Assembly (NCBI RefSeq): GCF_009914755.1
Contig: NC_060928.1
Direction: 5' to 3' (one strand)
Source of the DNA: the human T2T-CHM13v2.0 reference genome, Homo sapiens
DNA length: 64,000 nucleotides
Shown here one piece after another: positions 13,486 through 26,513 of the stretch (position 1 is the stretch's first letter; each line of letters starts with the position of its first letter). The notes under the pieces are model-generated. The model made no database searches, was not told where the DNA came from, and saw only the letters and a program-made list of their open reading frames with translations. A program made the translations under genes and the position numbers.

Positions 13486-13569
13486 AACACCCAAAAGGAT
13501 GTTATATAAATCTTCTCTTGCTATACTGTATATAGACAGGGACAGAATGAAAACCAAAGCAAATATGAG
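13486..13569 (+). other. Candidate internal exon (84 nt)
   Basis: ttctttgtctgattctag acceptor and GAG|gtaaga donor. One open frame, TPKRMLYKSSLAILYIDRDRMKTKANM. No recognised homology. Confidence 0.25.
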
Positions 13570-14099
13570 GTAAGAATGATTTTTTATTACTTTAGGTATT
13601 TCTAGATGTCAGATAAAAATGAGAACTTCGCTAAAAATTTTACAGAAAGACAGCTCTGCCTTATGGAGAAAATTCTATAGTTTGATATATGAGGCAGAAA
13701 ATGTGAAAAATATTATGAAGTACTACCCTGACATAATGATGGAAAGCTGCTGAAAGTGTGCTAACACCAAGAAATATAATAGACTAAAGTTAAACAAGGA
13801 AGAATGCCATTTTTAAAAATCTTTCCTACCTCAGAAATATGAAGTTTAGCCTTCAAAAATGCAAACCACTACCTTTTATTACTGACTTCTAAATGTACCA
13901 CTTTACTTCCTTACTTGGAAGCTAAGTTCCCAATACCTTTGAATATTTTGCAAATACAAAATAAATATGGAAAGGTATTTAATAATGGTAATATTCTCCT
14001 CTACTATAAATTAGTAGACTATAACCTGCTAAATTACTCATTTAATATTTCTCCACTCGTATGCTACTTCTGCATATACTCTTCTTCTAAGTGATATCA

Positions 14100-14485
14100 G
14101 ACATTTGACGCCTTAAGCCACATGTACCGACAACCCCTTTGTTCTGTTCACAGTAGTAAAATTTGCCTTTGATAAATTCTGTAATTCAAGGTGCTCTGCC
14201 CTCTACCCTCCAAGAAGTTGACACTTAACCCAGATTAAGCCAAGTGGACTCTCTCGCCCTGAGATTTTCCTCTTAGGCCACATTATATCAGTGGAGGTGC
14301 TTGAAGAAATTAGCTCCTACTATCTGGAAATCTTGATATTCCCTGATTCCTGAAACTTTCTGAGTTTGATTAATGAATACCCCTTTGACTCTACAAAACA
14401 CTTTATCCTTCAAGTGAATTCTGGTTTTTGGTAAATTTCAATTTGTTAAATTAGCTAAAGTGGTTTCTGAGGCTTACAACCAAAA
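14100..14485 (+). mobile_element. Old ERVL-type LTR remnant (subfamily uncertain), followed by (TA)n
   Basis: The 3' end gtggtttctgaggcttacaaccaaaa resembles old ERVL/MaLR LTR termini. Confidence 0.4.
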
Positions 14486-15730
14486 TATATATATATATAT
14501 ATATATAATTTTATATATTTTTATATGTGGATATATATTTTTATATATGGCACATTTAATGATTAAGTTATGTAATATAGTATAAAACCTCATGACAGAA
14601 GCATATAGTTGAAAGTGGCAGGATATTCTTAATTCATTTATTTTTATAAGGAATACTGACATGAAATTTTATTTTTACATAAGCTCTCTGTTTCACTAAT
14701 TTTCCCCCATATTTCTCATGTCAAGAAGACACTCCATGGGTTAGTACAAAAGAAAATTAAATATCATGTTATGTATTATTGTGTGTATGCCGATACAATC
14801 ACTTCTACATCGATTCTATTAATACATTAAAGAAGGAATCCTTCTCTGAAAATGCCACTCACATAATTATTTATATTTATATAAGACACAATTTTTTTCA
14901 ATGGAATGCAGACTAGAAGGTGGGTTGCAGAAAAACTCACATTTATATTATTTGCCAAGTTTTATGCATTATTTAAATTTAATATATTACAATCACCAGT
15001 TGAGAATCACAGCTAAAAATATATCAATGTGCTCGAGTTTATTTCCCATTGGATATCTCTGTATAAATATTGAGAAATGTTGAATTAAAAATTAAAGATT
15101 CATTGCAATTTTTTACTCTTTCATTTAAGTTGCTTTTTATAATAGTAATTTTCCTATAACATTTTTATGAATATTAAATGAGACAGCTCATAAAAATCTC
15201 AACATAAAGATGGGTTCATAACAAACTCAATAAACGCCAGTTGTGATGTTGAAGATAATAATAAAATGATAATGATAGTGCATATCAACGTGAAAATGAG
15301 TCTTGTCTAAACCACTATTTTCTTTCAGGTTTCCTTGATTAAGTTTTGTTAGTTTTCTATACAGTCAAGTCTATGTGTGGAATTTTACTCATTGACTATT
15401 CTAAGAAAATCTCTAAAAATATCCTGAGTCGTTGTCAGTATTTCAACTTTAAACACATAACAACTGTTCCCACTATTTGGGTGGTATAAGAATCATTTTT
15501 TATTTTTTCAAACTTTTTAAAGAACAATTCTATGTATTGGGAACATAAAGATAAATAAGACACTGTTCCCATTCTTTAGGAGTAAAATGAATCTCAATTC
15601 TAAGCTGATTTTTTTTTTGGCATACAGGGAGTGAAGAACTTTCATTTGGAGTTAGGAGATAGGAAGGCAGAAAAAGACCTTTCTCTTGTGGTGAAAACAA
15701 GTTAAATCTGGGAAAATACAAATAATACTT

Positions 15731-16083
<353 letters not shown>

Positions 16084-16751
16084 TGAAAAGTGGTGAGTAA
16101 GAGATTTCTTGTGAACTGAAGTCTAGAGAGAGAAGCTCAGAGAGCAACTATAACCTTCCAGACCTGGAGATGGGCCTCTAGCGTGGGAATGTTAGGGGCT
16201 TGTCATAGAAATATTTTATGGGAATGAGGGAAAATCAACCAGAGTCCTTGGAATACAGTGTGGGTAGGCAGAACAAATAAGAATTTCAAACAGTTATAAA
16301 CACAAGGATGGATCATTAGGGAAAGCAGTTCCTTTCCCTCAGTTTTTGCCAAGAAAGCATCAGCAAACATCAACAGAGAAAAATCACGTACCACCATAGT
16401 GCTATTCGTGTGTTTTCAGTCCCTAACGGAAGTGAAAGTATATTAAACTGCAACCATCCCCTTCCCAGCTAAAAAGGCAGCAGCTTGGGAGGTTTAAGTT
16501 GTCCATTCACAAGTGAACTCATTCTAATTAAAGCTGTCACCTTTGAGTAAATCAATTTACTCAAATTGATTTAAGTAAATTTCTGAATAATCAGCCTGGC
16601 ACTCTTAACAACTTGTCAGAGAAAAGAGTTTAAATAAACAAAAATATAAATAAATTTTAAAATATTTTATACATCAGTTTTTATACAATGTGCATGCTAC
16701 AATAAAAAAAGTCCAGAAACATAAAGAAGCAGAAAATATAAGAACAATAAA

Positions 16752-18142
16752 AACCAAAACAGCATGGTACTGGTACCAAAACAGAGATATAGACCAATGG
16801 AACAGAACAGAGCCCTCAGAAATAATGCCACATATCTACAACTATCTGAGCTTTGACAAACCTGACAAAAACAAGAAATGGGGAAAGGATTCCCTATTTA
16901 ATAAATGGTGCTGGGAAAACTGGCTAGCCATATGTAGAAAGCTGAAATTGGATTCCTTCTTACACCTTATACAAAAATTAATTCAAGATGGATTAAAGAC
17001 TTAAATGTCAGACCTAAAACCATAAAAACCCTAGAAGAAAACCTAGGCAATACCATTCAGGACATAGGCATGGGCAAGGACTTCATGTCTAAAACACCAA
17101 AAGCAATGGCAACAGAAGCCAAAATGGACAAATGGGATCTAATTAAACTAAAGAGCTTCTGCACAGCAAAAGAAACTACCATCAGAGTGAACAGGCAACC
17201 TACAGAATGGGAGAAAATTTTTGCAATCTACTCATCTGACAAAGGGATAATATCCAGAATCTACAATGAACTCCAACAAATTTACAAGAAAAAAACAAAC
17301 AACCCCACCGAAAAGTGGGCAAAGGATATGAACAGACGTTTCTCAAAAGAAGACATCTATGCAGCCAAAAGACACATGAAAAAATGCTCATCATCACTGG
17401 CCATCAGAGAAATGCAAATCAAAACCACAATGAGATACCATCTCACACCAGTTAGAATGGCAATCATTAAAAAGTCAGGAAACAACAGGTGCTGGAGAGG
17501 ATGTGGAGAAATAGGAACACTTTTACACTGTTGGTGGGACTGTAAACTAGTTCAACCATTGTGGAAGTCAGTGTGGCGATTCCTCAGGGATCTAGAACTA
17601 GAAATACCATTTGACCCAGCCATCCCATTACTGGGTATATACCCAAAGGATTATAAAACATGCTGCTATAAAGACACATGCACATGTATGTTTATTGTGG
17701 CACTATTCATAATAGCAAAGACTTGGAACCAAGCCAAATGTCCAACAACGATAGACTGGATTAAGAAAATGTGGCACATATACACCATGGAATACTATGC
17801 AGCCATGAAAAAGGATGAGTTCATTTCCTTTGTAGGGACATGGATGAAGCTAGAAACCATCATTCTCAGCAAACTATCACAAGGACAAAAAAACCAAACA
17901 CCGCATGTTCTCACTCGTAGGTGGGAATTGAACAATGAGAACACATGGACACAGGAAGGGGAACATCACACACCGGGGCCTGTTGTGGGGTGGGGGGAGG
18001 GATAGCATTAGGAGATATACCTAATGTTAAATGACTAGTTAATGGGTGCAGCACACCAACATGGCACATGTATACGTATGTAACAGACCTGCACGTTGTG
18101 CACATGTACCCTAAAACTTAAAGTATAATAATTAAAAAAAAA
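16752..18142 (+). mobile_element. L1PA (about PA4/5) 5'-truncated insertion with ORF2 C-terminus and 3'UTR
   Basis: ORF 17070-18005 encodes the L1 ORF2 C-terminus ([19 protein letters not shown] zinc knuckle). Canonical 3'UTR and A tail. TSD aagaacaataaa (16740-16751) / aagaataataaa (18169-18180). Confidence 0.97.
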
Positions 18143-18190
18143 CTCTTCCTAACACCATCCATAAAAAAAAGAATAATAAAGAGAAAAAAA

Positions 18191-18560
18191 TTTTTTTAAT
18201 TTTTTTATTTCCATAGGTTATTGCATTTAGTTACATGAGTAAATTATTTAGTGGTGATTTGTGAGATTTTGGTGCACCCATCACCCGAGCAGTATACACA
18301 GCACCCAATTTGTAGTGTTTTATCCCTCACCCCCTTCCCACCATTTCCTTGAGTCCCCAGAGTCCCTTGTGTCATTCTTGTGCCTTTGCATCCTCATAGC
18401 TCAACTCACACTTAGGAGTGAGAACATACAATGTTTGGTTTTCCATTCCTGAGTCACTTCATTTAGAATAATAGTCTCCAATCTCATTCAGGTTGCTGTG
18501 AATGCCATTAATGCATTCCTTTTTATGGCTGATTAGTATTCCATTGTATTTATATACCAT
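18191..18560 (-). mobile_element. L1PB-like 3' end
   Basis: tttttatttccataggtt...agtggtgatttgtgagattttggtgcacccatcacccgagcagtatacac is the antisense L1PB 3'UTR. Confidence 0.85.
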
Positions 18561-19964
18561 TGTAGGACAAAATAGTGTTAATAAAAACAGATCTATTGAT
18601 GAACAAGTGTTTGCAATGAGTCAACAAAAAAAATTAAAAGTAACTATTATGATTAAGTTAAATAATTTACAGGAAAAGATGAAGATTTTGGGTGTTTCAA
18701 GAAGTAAATTTAAACTAAAATACGATTCATTCGATATGCTAGCAAATGAAGTCAGAAAAAAGAGGAGAGTGAGAGAGAGAATAAAGAAGACAGATACAGA
18801 GAAATATTCAGGCATAAAAAATTAGAAGAAAAAATGGTCAATTATTTTTCCAAATTTAATAAACAATTTCAGCTCTATTGAGCCAGAAAATTTAATAAAA
18901 TCAACTGAATAAATTAAAAATTGATAACGAGGTATACTATAGTTAAATTACTTAAAGCCATGGATAATACCAAAAAAAAAATAAGCTATAGGTAAAAAAA
19001 AACTTTAAGTACAGTACAACAATGATAAGAATTATGGCTTAATTCTCATCAGATAAAATAAGAGCCAGAAGACAGAGAGAACATCTTTAAAGTGTTAAGA
19101 CAGAAAACAGAAACAAAAATTTTCAAACTACAATTATATATGCAGCATAAGTATCCTTCAAGAATTAAAGCAAAGACATTTTCAATAAAAAAAAAATTTA
19201 TACTACAAGATCCATACTACAAGATATACAAAAGTAGTTCTTCAGGCTGAAGGAAAATTATACCACAGATAAACTTAGATCTATAGAAAAGAATACAAAG
19301 TACTAGATACAGCAAATATGTGGTTAAATATAAAAGTTTATGTTTTTAAAAAACAGTTTAAGTTGTTTAAACTCTATTATGAAAACAAAAAATATTATAG
19401 TAGGGCCGATAACATATGTAGAATTAAAATGTATTACAATATGTGATATGAGTACTAAAATTGTTTCATCAAACCAAAAGAAATCAGAAAAGGAAGAACC
19501 AAAAAACAAGTAAACAAACAATGGATGAAATAAAAAGAAAAAAATCGCAAGATCTTAGCCTTAAATTCAGCCATATTAATTATTATATTAAATGTTGAAG
19601 GGCTTAAAAACTTCCATTCAAAGGCAAAAGTTTTATATCTGGATTAAAAAAACTATATGCTCTTCACAAAGCTACATTAAATATTATGATACGTTAAAAG
19701 CAAAAGAATGGAAAAGATACACCACAAAAACACTAATCACAAGAAAGTTTGCTTTGCTATATTAATATCAGACAAAGTAGATGTCAAGATAAGAAAAATT
19801 ACCAGAGGAAAAGGTTTGATGTTTTATAATAATAAAAGGGTCAATTCAAAAAATTATAAATATCTATCTGATAACAGAGATTCAACATATATGAAGGAAA
19901 AATTGATATAACTAAAGCAGGAAATTTAAACAATACTTATTTATGGCTAGATATTTCAACTTCA

Positions 19965-20248
19965 TTTTTTTTTTTTTTTTGAGACGGAGTCTTGCTCTGT
20001 TGCCCAGGCTGGAGTGCAGTGGTGTGAATCTTGGCTCACTATAACCTCCGCGCCCTGGGTTCAAATGATTGTCCTGCCTCAGCCTCCTGGATAGCTGGGA
20101 CTACAGGCATGCACCACCATACCCGGCTAATTTTTTTGTATTTTTAGTAGGGACGGGGTTTCACCGTGTTAGGCAGAATGGTCTCCATCCCTTGACCTGG
20201 TGATCCGCCCGCCTCGGCCTCCCAAACTGCTGGGATTACAGGTGTGAG
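19965..20248 (-). mobile_element. Alu (Sc/Y-like), missing about 15 bp at the 5' end
   Basis: Antisense Alu ending ggtgtgag. TSD tcaacttcattttt at 19956 and 20249. Confidence 0.93.
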
Positions 20249-22764
20249 TCAACTTCATTTTTATAAGTGATCAAAAAACCAGACCAAAAAAACTAGTAAG
20301 CATAAGGAAGATTTGAACAATACCAAATACCTACTTGACACTTCTAGGACACTACTTCCAACAACTGTATAATATGCGTTATTTTCAAGAGCACATGGAA
20401 CATTCACTAATTCAGGCCAAAGGCTGGACCATGAAACGAATCTTATTAAGTTTAAGATGATTTAAGTCACATAGGGCATGTTCTCTGGTTATAATAGAAT
20501 TAAATTAAAATTTAGTAATAGAAAATCTCGAATATATAAAAATTAAACATCATACTTCTAAATAATCCACTGCCTTAATAAAGAAAACACAGAACAAGAA
20601 AACATCATAAAGCCGAAAGATAGTGAAAATCTAACATATGTAAATATGTGGAATGCATATAAAGCAGAGCTTCAGGGTAATTTATATGTAAATGTTTATG
20701 TTAGATAAAATATGGCTTTAATGTTAATTTTTAAGTTTCCAATTTAAGAAGCTAGAAAAAGATCAAACTAAATCTAAAATAAGTAGAACCAAATAAAATA
20801 AGAGCAAAATAATTTTTTAAGAAATTATAGAGAAATAATAAAGTATAAAAAGAGGAATGCCAGTTCTTTCAAAAGATAATAAAATGAATAAATTCTTAGC
20901 AATGTTGATCAACAAAAGCAACAAAAACCCAATTACCAATAATACAGTATCAGGATATGTGGGCCACATACACAACAAGATTATTCCATAATTTATCATA
21001 ATGGCTAAGGGCTTTAACTTACCATAGAAAACATCTGTGGTCGGTCCTGTTTACTCTGTAAATGGCTCCTAGTTCTAAGTTAGCATTATTTATAACTATT
21101 GCCACAGGGAAACTAATGCATAAATTGTGATATTGAACAGAAATAATATATAAGAAGAGTGCCTATGATTTCCTAATAAAAATATGGCATATGTTTTAAT
21201 AATAATATTCAATGTTTTAGATATCTTAGAAAACTTTCAAAGCAAACTTGCCATAGCTAAGTGGGTTAAAACAGTAATTACAACTTAAATTCTTTAGTTA
21301 CATTTCAAAATGCCTACAAACAGCAAATAAGATAATGTTGGATAATATTCTGCAAAAACAAGTTTCATCCCCACTTCCATGTCTTTATTAAATTGCTTTA
21401 TATCCCACTTTGCTTAGGTTACTGCTGCTGTTCAGAATCCCTTCCTGAAGACAGGGAACACGTTAGCTGGCATACCAATGTGAATAATAAGAAAAAATTC
21501 TTGATACATACATCTGTGCAAACATTCTCCCCAGCTACCTGAATTCAATGACATCAATCATAAGGGGCTTCACTGAGTAAACATACATTTAGATTTTAAA
21601 ATATATATAAGTATATGGTATACCTCACTAGTGCCATTGACTATAATTGTAAAATATAATTAAATTTATTCATTGAGTGTTTTGTATCAGGAGAGTCACT
21701 AAAAATATCTTTAAACATCTGCTGTGAACCTTGTTTTGATGTGCGTCACAAAAAAATAGAATATTTAGAATATAATACATTATGTTCTCGTGTAGAATAT
21801 AAAACACAATGAGATGTGGATATGATGGATTTCTGCCAAGCATTTGTACATATCTTCAGAAAATGTCACATATATATAATTCTCTGGTGTTAATACTATT
21901 GTTTGTTTTCTTCTTAATGGGGTCGGATTTTCAGTCTCAGTCCTTAATGACATTTTGTTGTACAAATGGTTCTTCTATTTAGGATGTGTGCATCCTTTGT
22001 CTAATAGGATTTTGGACCAACTCTTTATTTTTTCTTAGGTCAATATTAGTTTACAATGCATTTTCCTTTCACACTGGATCTGGGGCAGATCATGTGAATC
22101 TGAATGCACAAATATGCAAAAATAAACTATGTTCTCACAGAAAAATAATTACCAAAAACAGATTTAGTGTGAAAGTGTGCATGACTCTTATTTTAATTAG
22201 CACAGCTTTTACAACTCAACCATGTATAGAAGCATCAGCATTATCTGTAATATATTTCAGTTGTATATTGCCATTATTTCTCCAAACATTATAAACTATA
22301 ACAATTCGACTACTCTCTTCAGGAGGCATTTTTCAAGTTCCTGCTTTATAGGAGTTGAACATATATGAACAAAGAAGAGAGGGAAGGGGGTCCTATGCTT
22401 TTCCTATACTGTCCCTTCAAATTTATTTCATTTAGAAGTATACAGAATGAGCTCTTAAATTACTGATAATCATCCTCATGCACATCTCTTATTGTCTTCA
22501 TCTTTTTATAATACTACTCTTGCTCACCATGCTCAAGCGCATTGACTTTCCTCATTTTTCTTGAATATTTCTGCATTCTTCTGCTTAGAGTCTTTGAATT
22601 GATTGCTTCCTGTGCTTGGAATGTTGTCCCCCCTAGATCTACATGCTTGCTGTTGTTCCCTTTTTACAACTTCGATTAAACTCCCCTTCTCATTTGATTT
22701 TACCCTGATCTCTTTATTTATGATTGCAGTTTCTCCCATCCACCTGGCTTTCTAAATCTAATTT

Positions 22765-24410
22765 AAGAGTTCTTATTATAAAGAGATGTTGGATTTTGTT
22801 TCATACTTTTATTAGAAGTATTGAGGTGACCATACAATTTTTATCCTTCATTCTGTTAATGTGGTGTATTATATTTATTGATTTGTGTATCTTGAACCAT
22901 CTTGCATCCCAAGGATAAATCCTATTTGATCATGCTATATTATACTTATAATGTGCTGTTGAATTTAGTTTGCTAGTATTTTGTGAAGAATTTTTGCATC
23001 TGTGTTCATCAGGGATATTGGCCTATAATTTTTTTTTTCTGGAAGTGTCTTTGGTCTGCCTTTAATATCAAAGTATTGCTACCCTCATAAAATGAGATTG
23101 AAAGTATTCTCTCCTCTCTAATTTTTTGGAAGAGTTTGAGAAGGATTGGCCATCAGGTCCCAGGCATTTTTGTTGTTGTTGTTGGAAGATTTTCATTACT
23201 GTTCCTACTATCTTATTCACTACTGGTCTGCTTTAATTTTCTATTTTTTTTATTTTCAGACTTGGTAAGTTGTATGTTTCTAAGAATTTATCTATTTATT
23301 CTGGTTATTTAATTTGTTGACTTATAACTATTCCAAGTAGTTTCTTATAATCCTTTGTATTTCTGTAATAGTTATAATATCTCCTCTTTCATTTATAAGT
23401 TGAGTCTTTTTTTATTAGGCCATCTAAAGGTTTATATTTTCTATTGATTTTCTAATCTCTATGATATGTATTTCTGCTCTGATCTTTATTTTTTCCTTCT
23501 GTCTTCTAACTTTGGGCTTGGTATGTTTTCTATTTTTCTTCTTTCTTTTATTTCCTTGAAGTATAAAGTTATGTTGTTTTTTCAGATCTTTTTCTCATGG
23601 TAGGTATTTATCATTAGAGAATTCCTTATTAGAATTATTTTTGCTGCATCCCATAAGTTTTGGTACGTTGTGTTTCTATTTTTGACTCAAGATATTTTTC
23701 CATTATTGTATTTGATTATATTTCTGCCTTTCTTCAGTTCTGTTAATATTTGCTTTATTTAATTAAGCATTCCAGTGTTGGGTGTGCATATTTTAATAAT
23801 TGCTATGTCCATTTGACATTTGATAAATTTACCACTGTTTATGATATAATGTCCTTCTTTGTCCCTTGTGGCAATTTTTTTTTACTTAAATTCTATTTTT
23901 TTTCTGATGTAAGTATAGTCACGAAAGATCTCTTTTGATTACCATCTGCATGGGATATCCTTTTCTATCCTTCACTTTTAGTCTATGTGGGTTCTCAAAG
24001 TTAAAGTGAGTCTCATATAGGCAGCGTATACTTAGATCTTGTTTTCCCATTTAGCCACTCCGTATTTTCATGGAAAAGTTAATCTATGTACATTTAAAGT
24101 AATTATTGATAGGTGAGGACTTACTATATTTACCTATCAATATCTTTGATATTGGTGTCTTTGACATGTTAATGTCTTTGCCACTTTGTAAAATTGTTTT
24201 CTGAGTGTTTTGTAGTTCTTTTGTTCTTTCTACTGTTATTATATTACTGTTGATTTAACTTTTCAGCTCTGTTGATACTTCCTTTATATATTTAGGTTCT
24301 ACAATTTACTGGGCACATATATAGTTACAATTGTTATATCCACTTGATAAACTGGCTTCTTACTATATAATGACCTTATTTGTCTCTTATGACAGTTTTT
24401 GACGTAAAGT
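22765..24410 (-). mobile_element. Old L1M ORF2 fragments
   Basis: ttgaaccatcttgcatcc...tttgctagtattttg...tctgtgttcatcagggatattggcct...gctgcatcccataagttttgg are antisense L1 ORF2 hallmarks. Confidence 0.85.
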
Positions 24411-24814
24411 CCATCTGTCTGATTGGCAGACAGCAGGTGATCTAACAAAACAAGCCTATGGATATGACACAAATCCCTAATTTAGAAATTGGTGCTAAAC
24501 ACTAATTTCTAAGTCTAAAAACCTGTTGCTGGTAAGTACAATCCTGAGTATTCCATTTCCACGTGCATTTGTTTCTGTTTACCACTACTATAAGTTTATT
24601 TTAAAACAAAACGGAAAGATTTTACTTGCTAAATGCCCTCTCTTCTCACCTTGTATACATGACTGAAAAGTGTGATTTGCTACATTAAAAAAAATGATGT
24701 ACTAAAGGATGTAGGAAGTTCAGAGACATAGACTTTAAAAAGAAACATGTAAAGAGTAAAATTTTCCTACTGTATTATGGGACAGAAAGAAACATATTGG
24801 CCTGACACATTCTA

Positions 24815-26012
24815 AGGTGGCTGCTATGATTCCCACTTCTCACTTTGTGACCCCCTACCCGTGAGTGTGGGAAGTACTTGTGACTGCTTTCAACCAGTAG
24901 AATATGGCAAAGGTGATATGATTTTACTTTTGTGATTGTGATACATAAGATTGAAGCACTCTTTTTTCTACATGACTCTCTCCCCTGTTCATTTTGAAGA
25001 AACAAGCTGGCATGTTGTAAGCCACCCTATGAAGAAGCTACTTTGCAGGGAAAAAAGAGAAAAGCTTCTGAATAACAGCAAGAAACAGTTCCTCAATCCA
25101 ACAGCTCACAAGAAGTGGAATCCTACTGATACAGGCAGCAAATCTGTAAGGATCTACGGCAACCTCCTTGCCTCCTCAGAAGAAAGAATTTGACCCAGGG
25201 GTTACAAGGCAGAGTGAGAGAACAAGGCAATTTTTAGAGCAGGATTGAGAGCTTATTAAAAAGTTTTAGGGCATGAATGAACGGAAGTAAAGTATACTTG
25301 AAAGAGGCCCAAGCAGGCAACTTGAGAAATCAAGTGCCCTGTTTGATCTTTGACTTGGAGTTTTATACAATGGCATACTTCCAGGGTCGTGCGTCCCTTC
25401 TCCTGTGATTCTTCCCTTGGGATGGGCTGTCCACATGTGCAGTGTTCTGCTAGCACTTGGGAGGAAGCACAAGTGCAGTGGGCTTTCTAGAGTTGTACAC
25501 ATGCCCACTTGAAGCATTCTTCCCTTACCAGCCTAATGTTCCATATACCAGTTAAACTCCACCATTTTGCCTCTTAATGTGCATGCTTGAGCCCACTTGC
25601 CCCACTCCTGAGATCTTATTGGGAAGCTGCTGATTACCAGTTTCAAGTTTTTTCTATCTATTGGGAGACTGCCTTTCCCTGGTACTGGCTGCAAGCAATT
25701 GTTTTAGACTATCACCTGATGATCACCTGACATTCTTGGCTGGGCGGGAGGAGCCCTCTCTGTCCTGCTTATGTCTGCCTGACTACCTACTGTAACACTA
25801 CCAACAACCATATGAGCATGGAAACGGATTCTTCATCAGTTGAGTTTTCAGATGAGAATTCAACTCTGACTACCATCTTGATTTCAGTCTTGAACAGGAC
25901 CTGGCTAGTCTGTGCCCAGATTTATTACCTGCATAAAATATAAGGTGATAAATGTGTGTTGTTTTAAACTGCTAAATTTGTGCTAAGCATTATTTGGCAA
26001 TAGATAACTAAT
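24815..26012 (+). mobile_element. MLT1 (F/G-like) LTR split by a nested ERV1 LTR
   Basis: gtgactgctttcaaccagtagaatatggcaaaggtgat. The flanks rejoin as ggaatcctac|caacaaccatatgag, matching MLT1. Ends gcaatagataactaata. Confidence 0.8.
25127..25797 (-). mobile_element. Solo ERV1 LTR (MER50-like)
   Basis: TG...CA termini. 4-bp TSD ctac at 25123-25126 and 25798-25801. Contains cttgcctcctcagaagaaagaatttgac. Confidence 0.85.
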
Positions 26013-26513
26013 ATATACGACATTAATATTTTGTATTAAATATAGTTAATACCTGCTTAATTAGCCCTACATATGGTGTTTGTTGTCTCCTTTTAAGAAG
26101 TATTAAATCTATGCATCTTAAAAAGACACAAATAGTATAGATTAAAATTTAAATACCCAACAGAGTTGAAAAGTTAAAAATGAATTGCTGTATCAGAAGA
26201 AGCATTGTAAAAATGTTGTACTATTTTCTCACACTTTTTGTCTATTATTAGTTACTATTAGTTGCTACTGTTAATTAGTCCCTTTTGTTTTGTTTCAATA
26301 GTAGAATTAATGTAATAGAAGAGTAAAGAATAGAAAATAATACACAATTTCAAATAAGCACCTTTTATATATTTTCATGTTAATGTAATAACATGTATAT
26401 GCACAATTATTTTTTTTATTTTTTATTTTGGTGGGTTTGGCAATTGGTCTCCAACCATTATCATGACTTTATTGATTTTTCCTGTAAGTGCTATCAAATT
26501 TTGCTCCATATAT

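Larger units (their letters stand above)
16085..20990 (+). mobile_element. Old L1M element (5' region, ORF1, ORF2 endonuclease remnants) hosting three younger insertions
   Basis: A-rich L1 sense composition. ORF 19708-19911 (HKNTNHKKVCFAILISDKVD) matches the L1 ORF2 endonuclease motif. Interrupted by L1PA, L1PB and Alu. Confidence 0.7.

Noticed and set aside
17070-18005. 311-aa ORF as a host gene
   Set aside because: It is the C-terminus of L1 ORF2 running into the 3'UTR of a 5'-truncated element.
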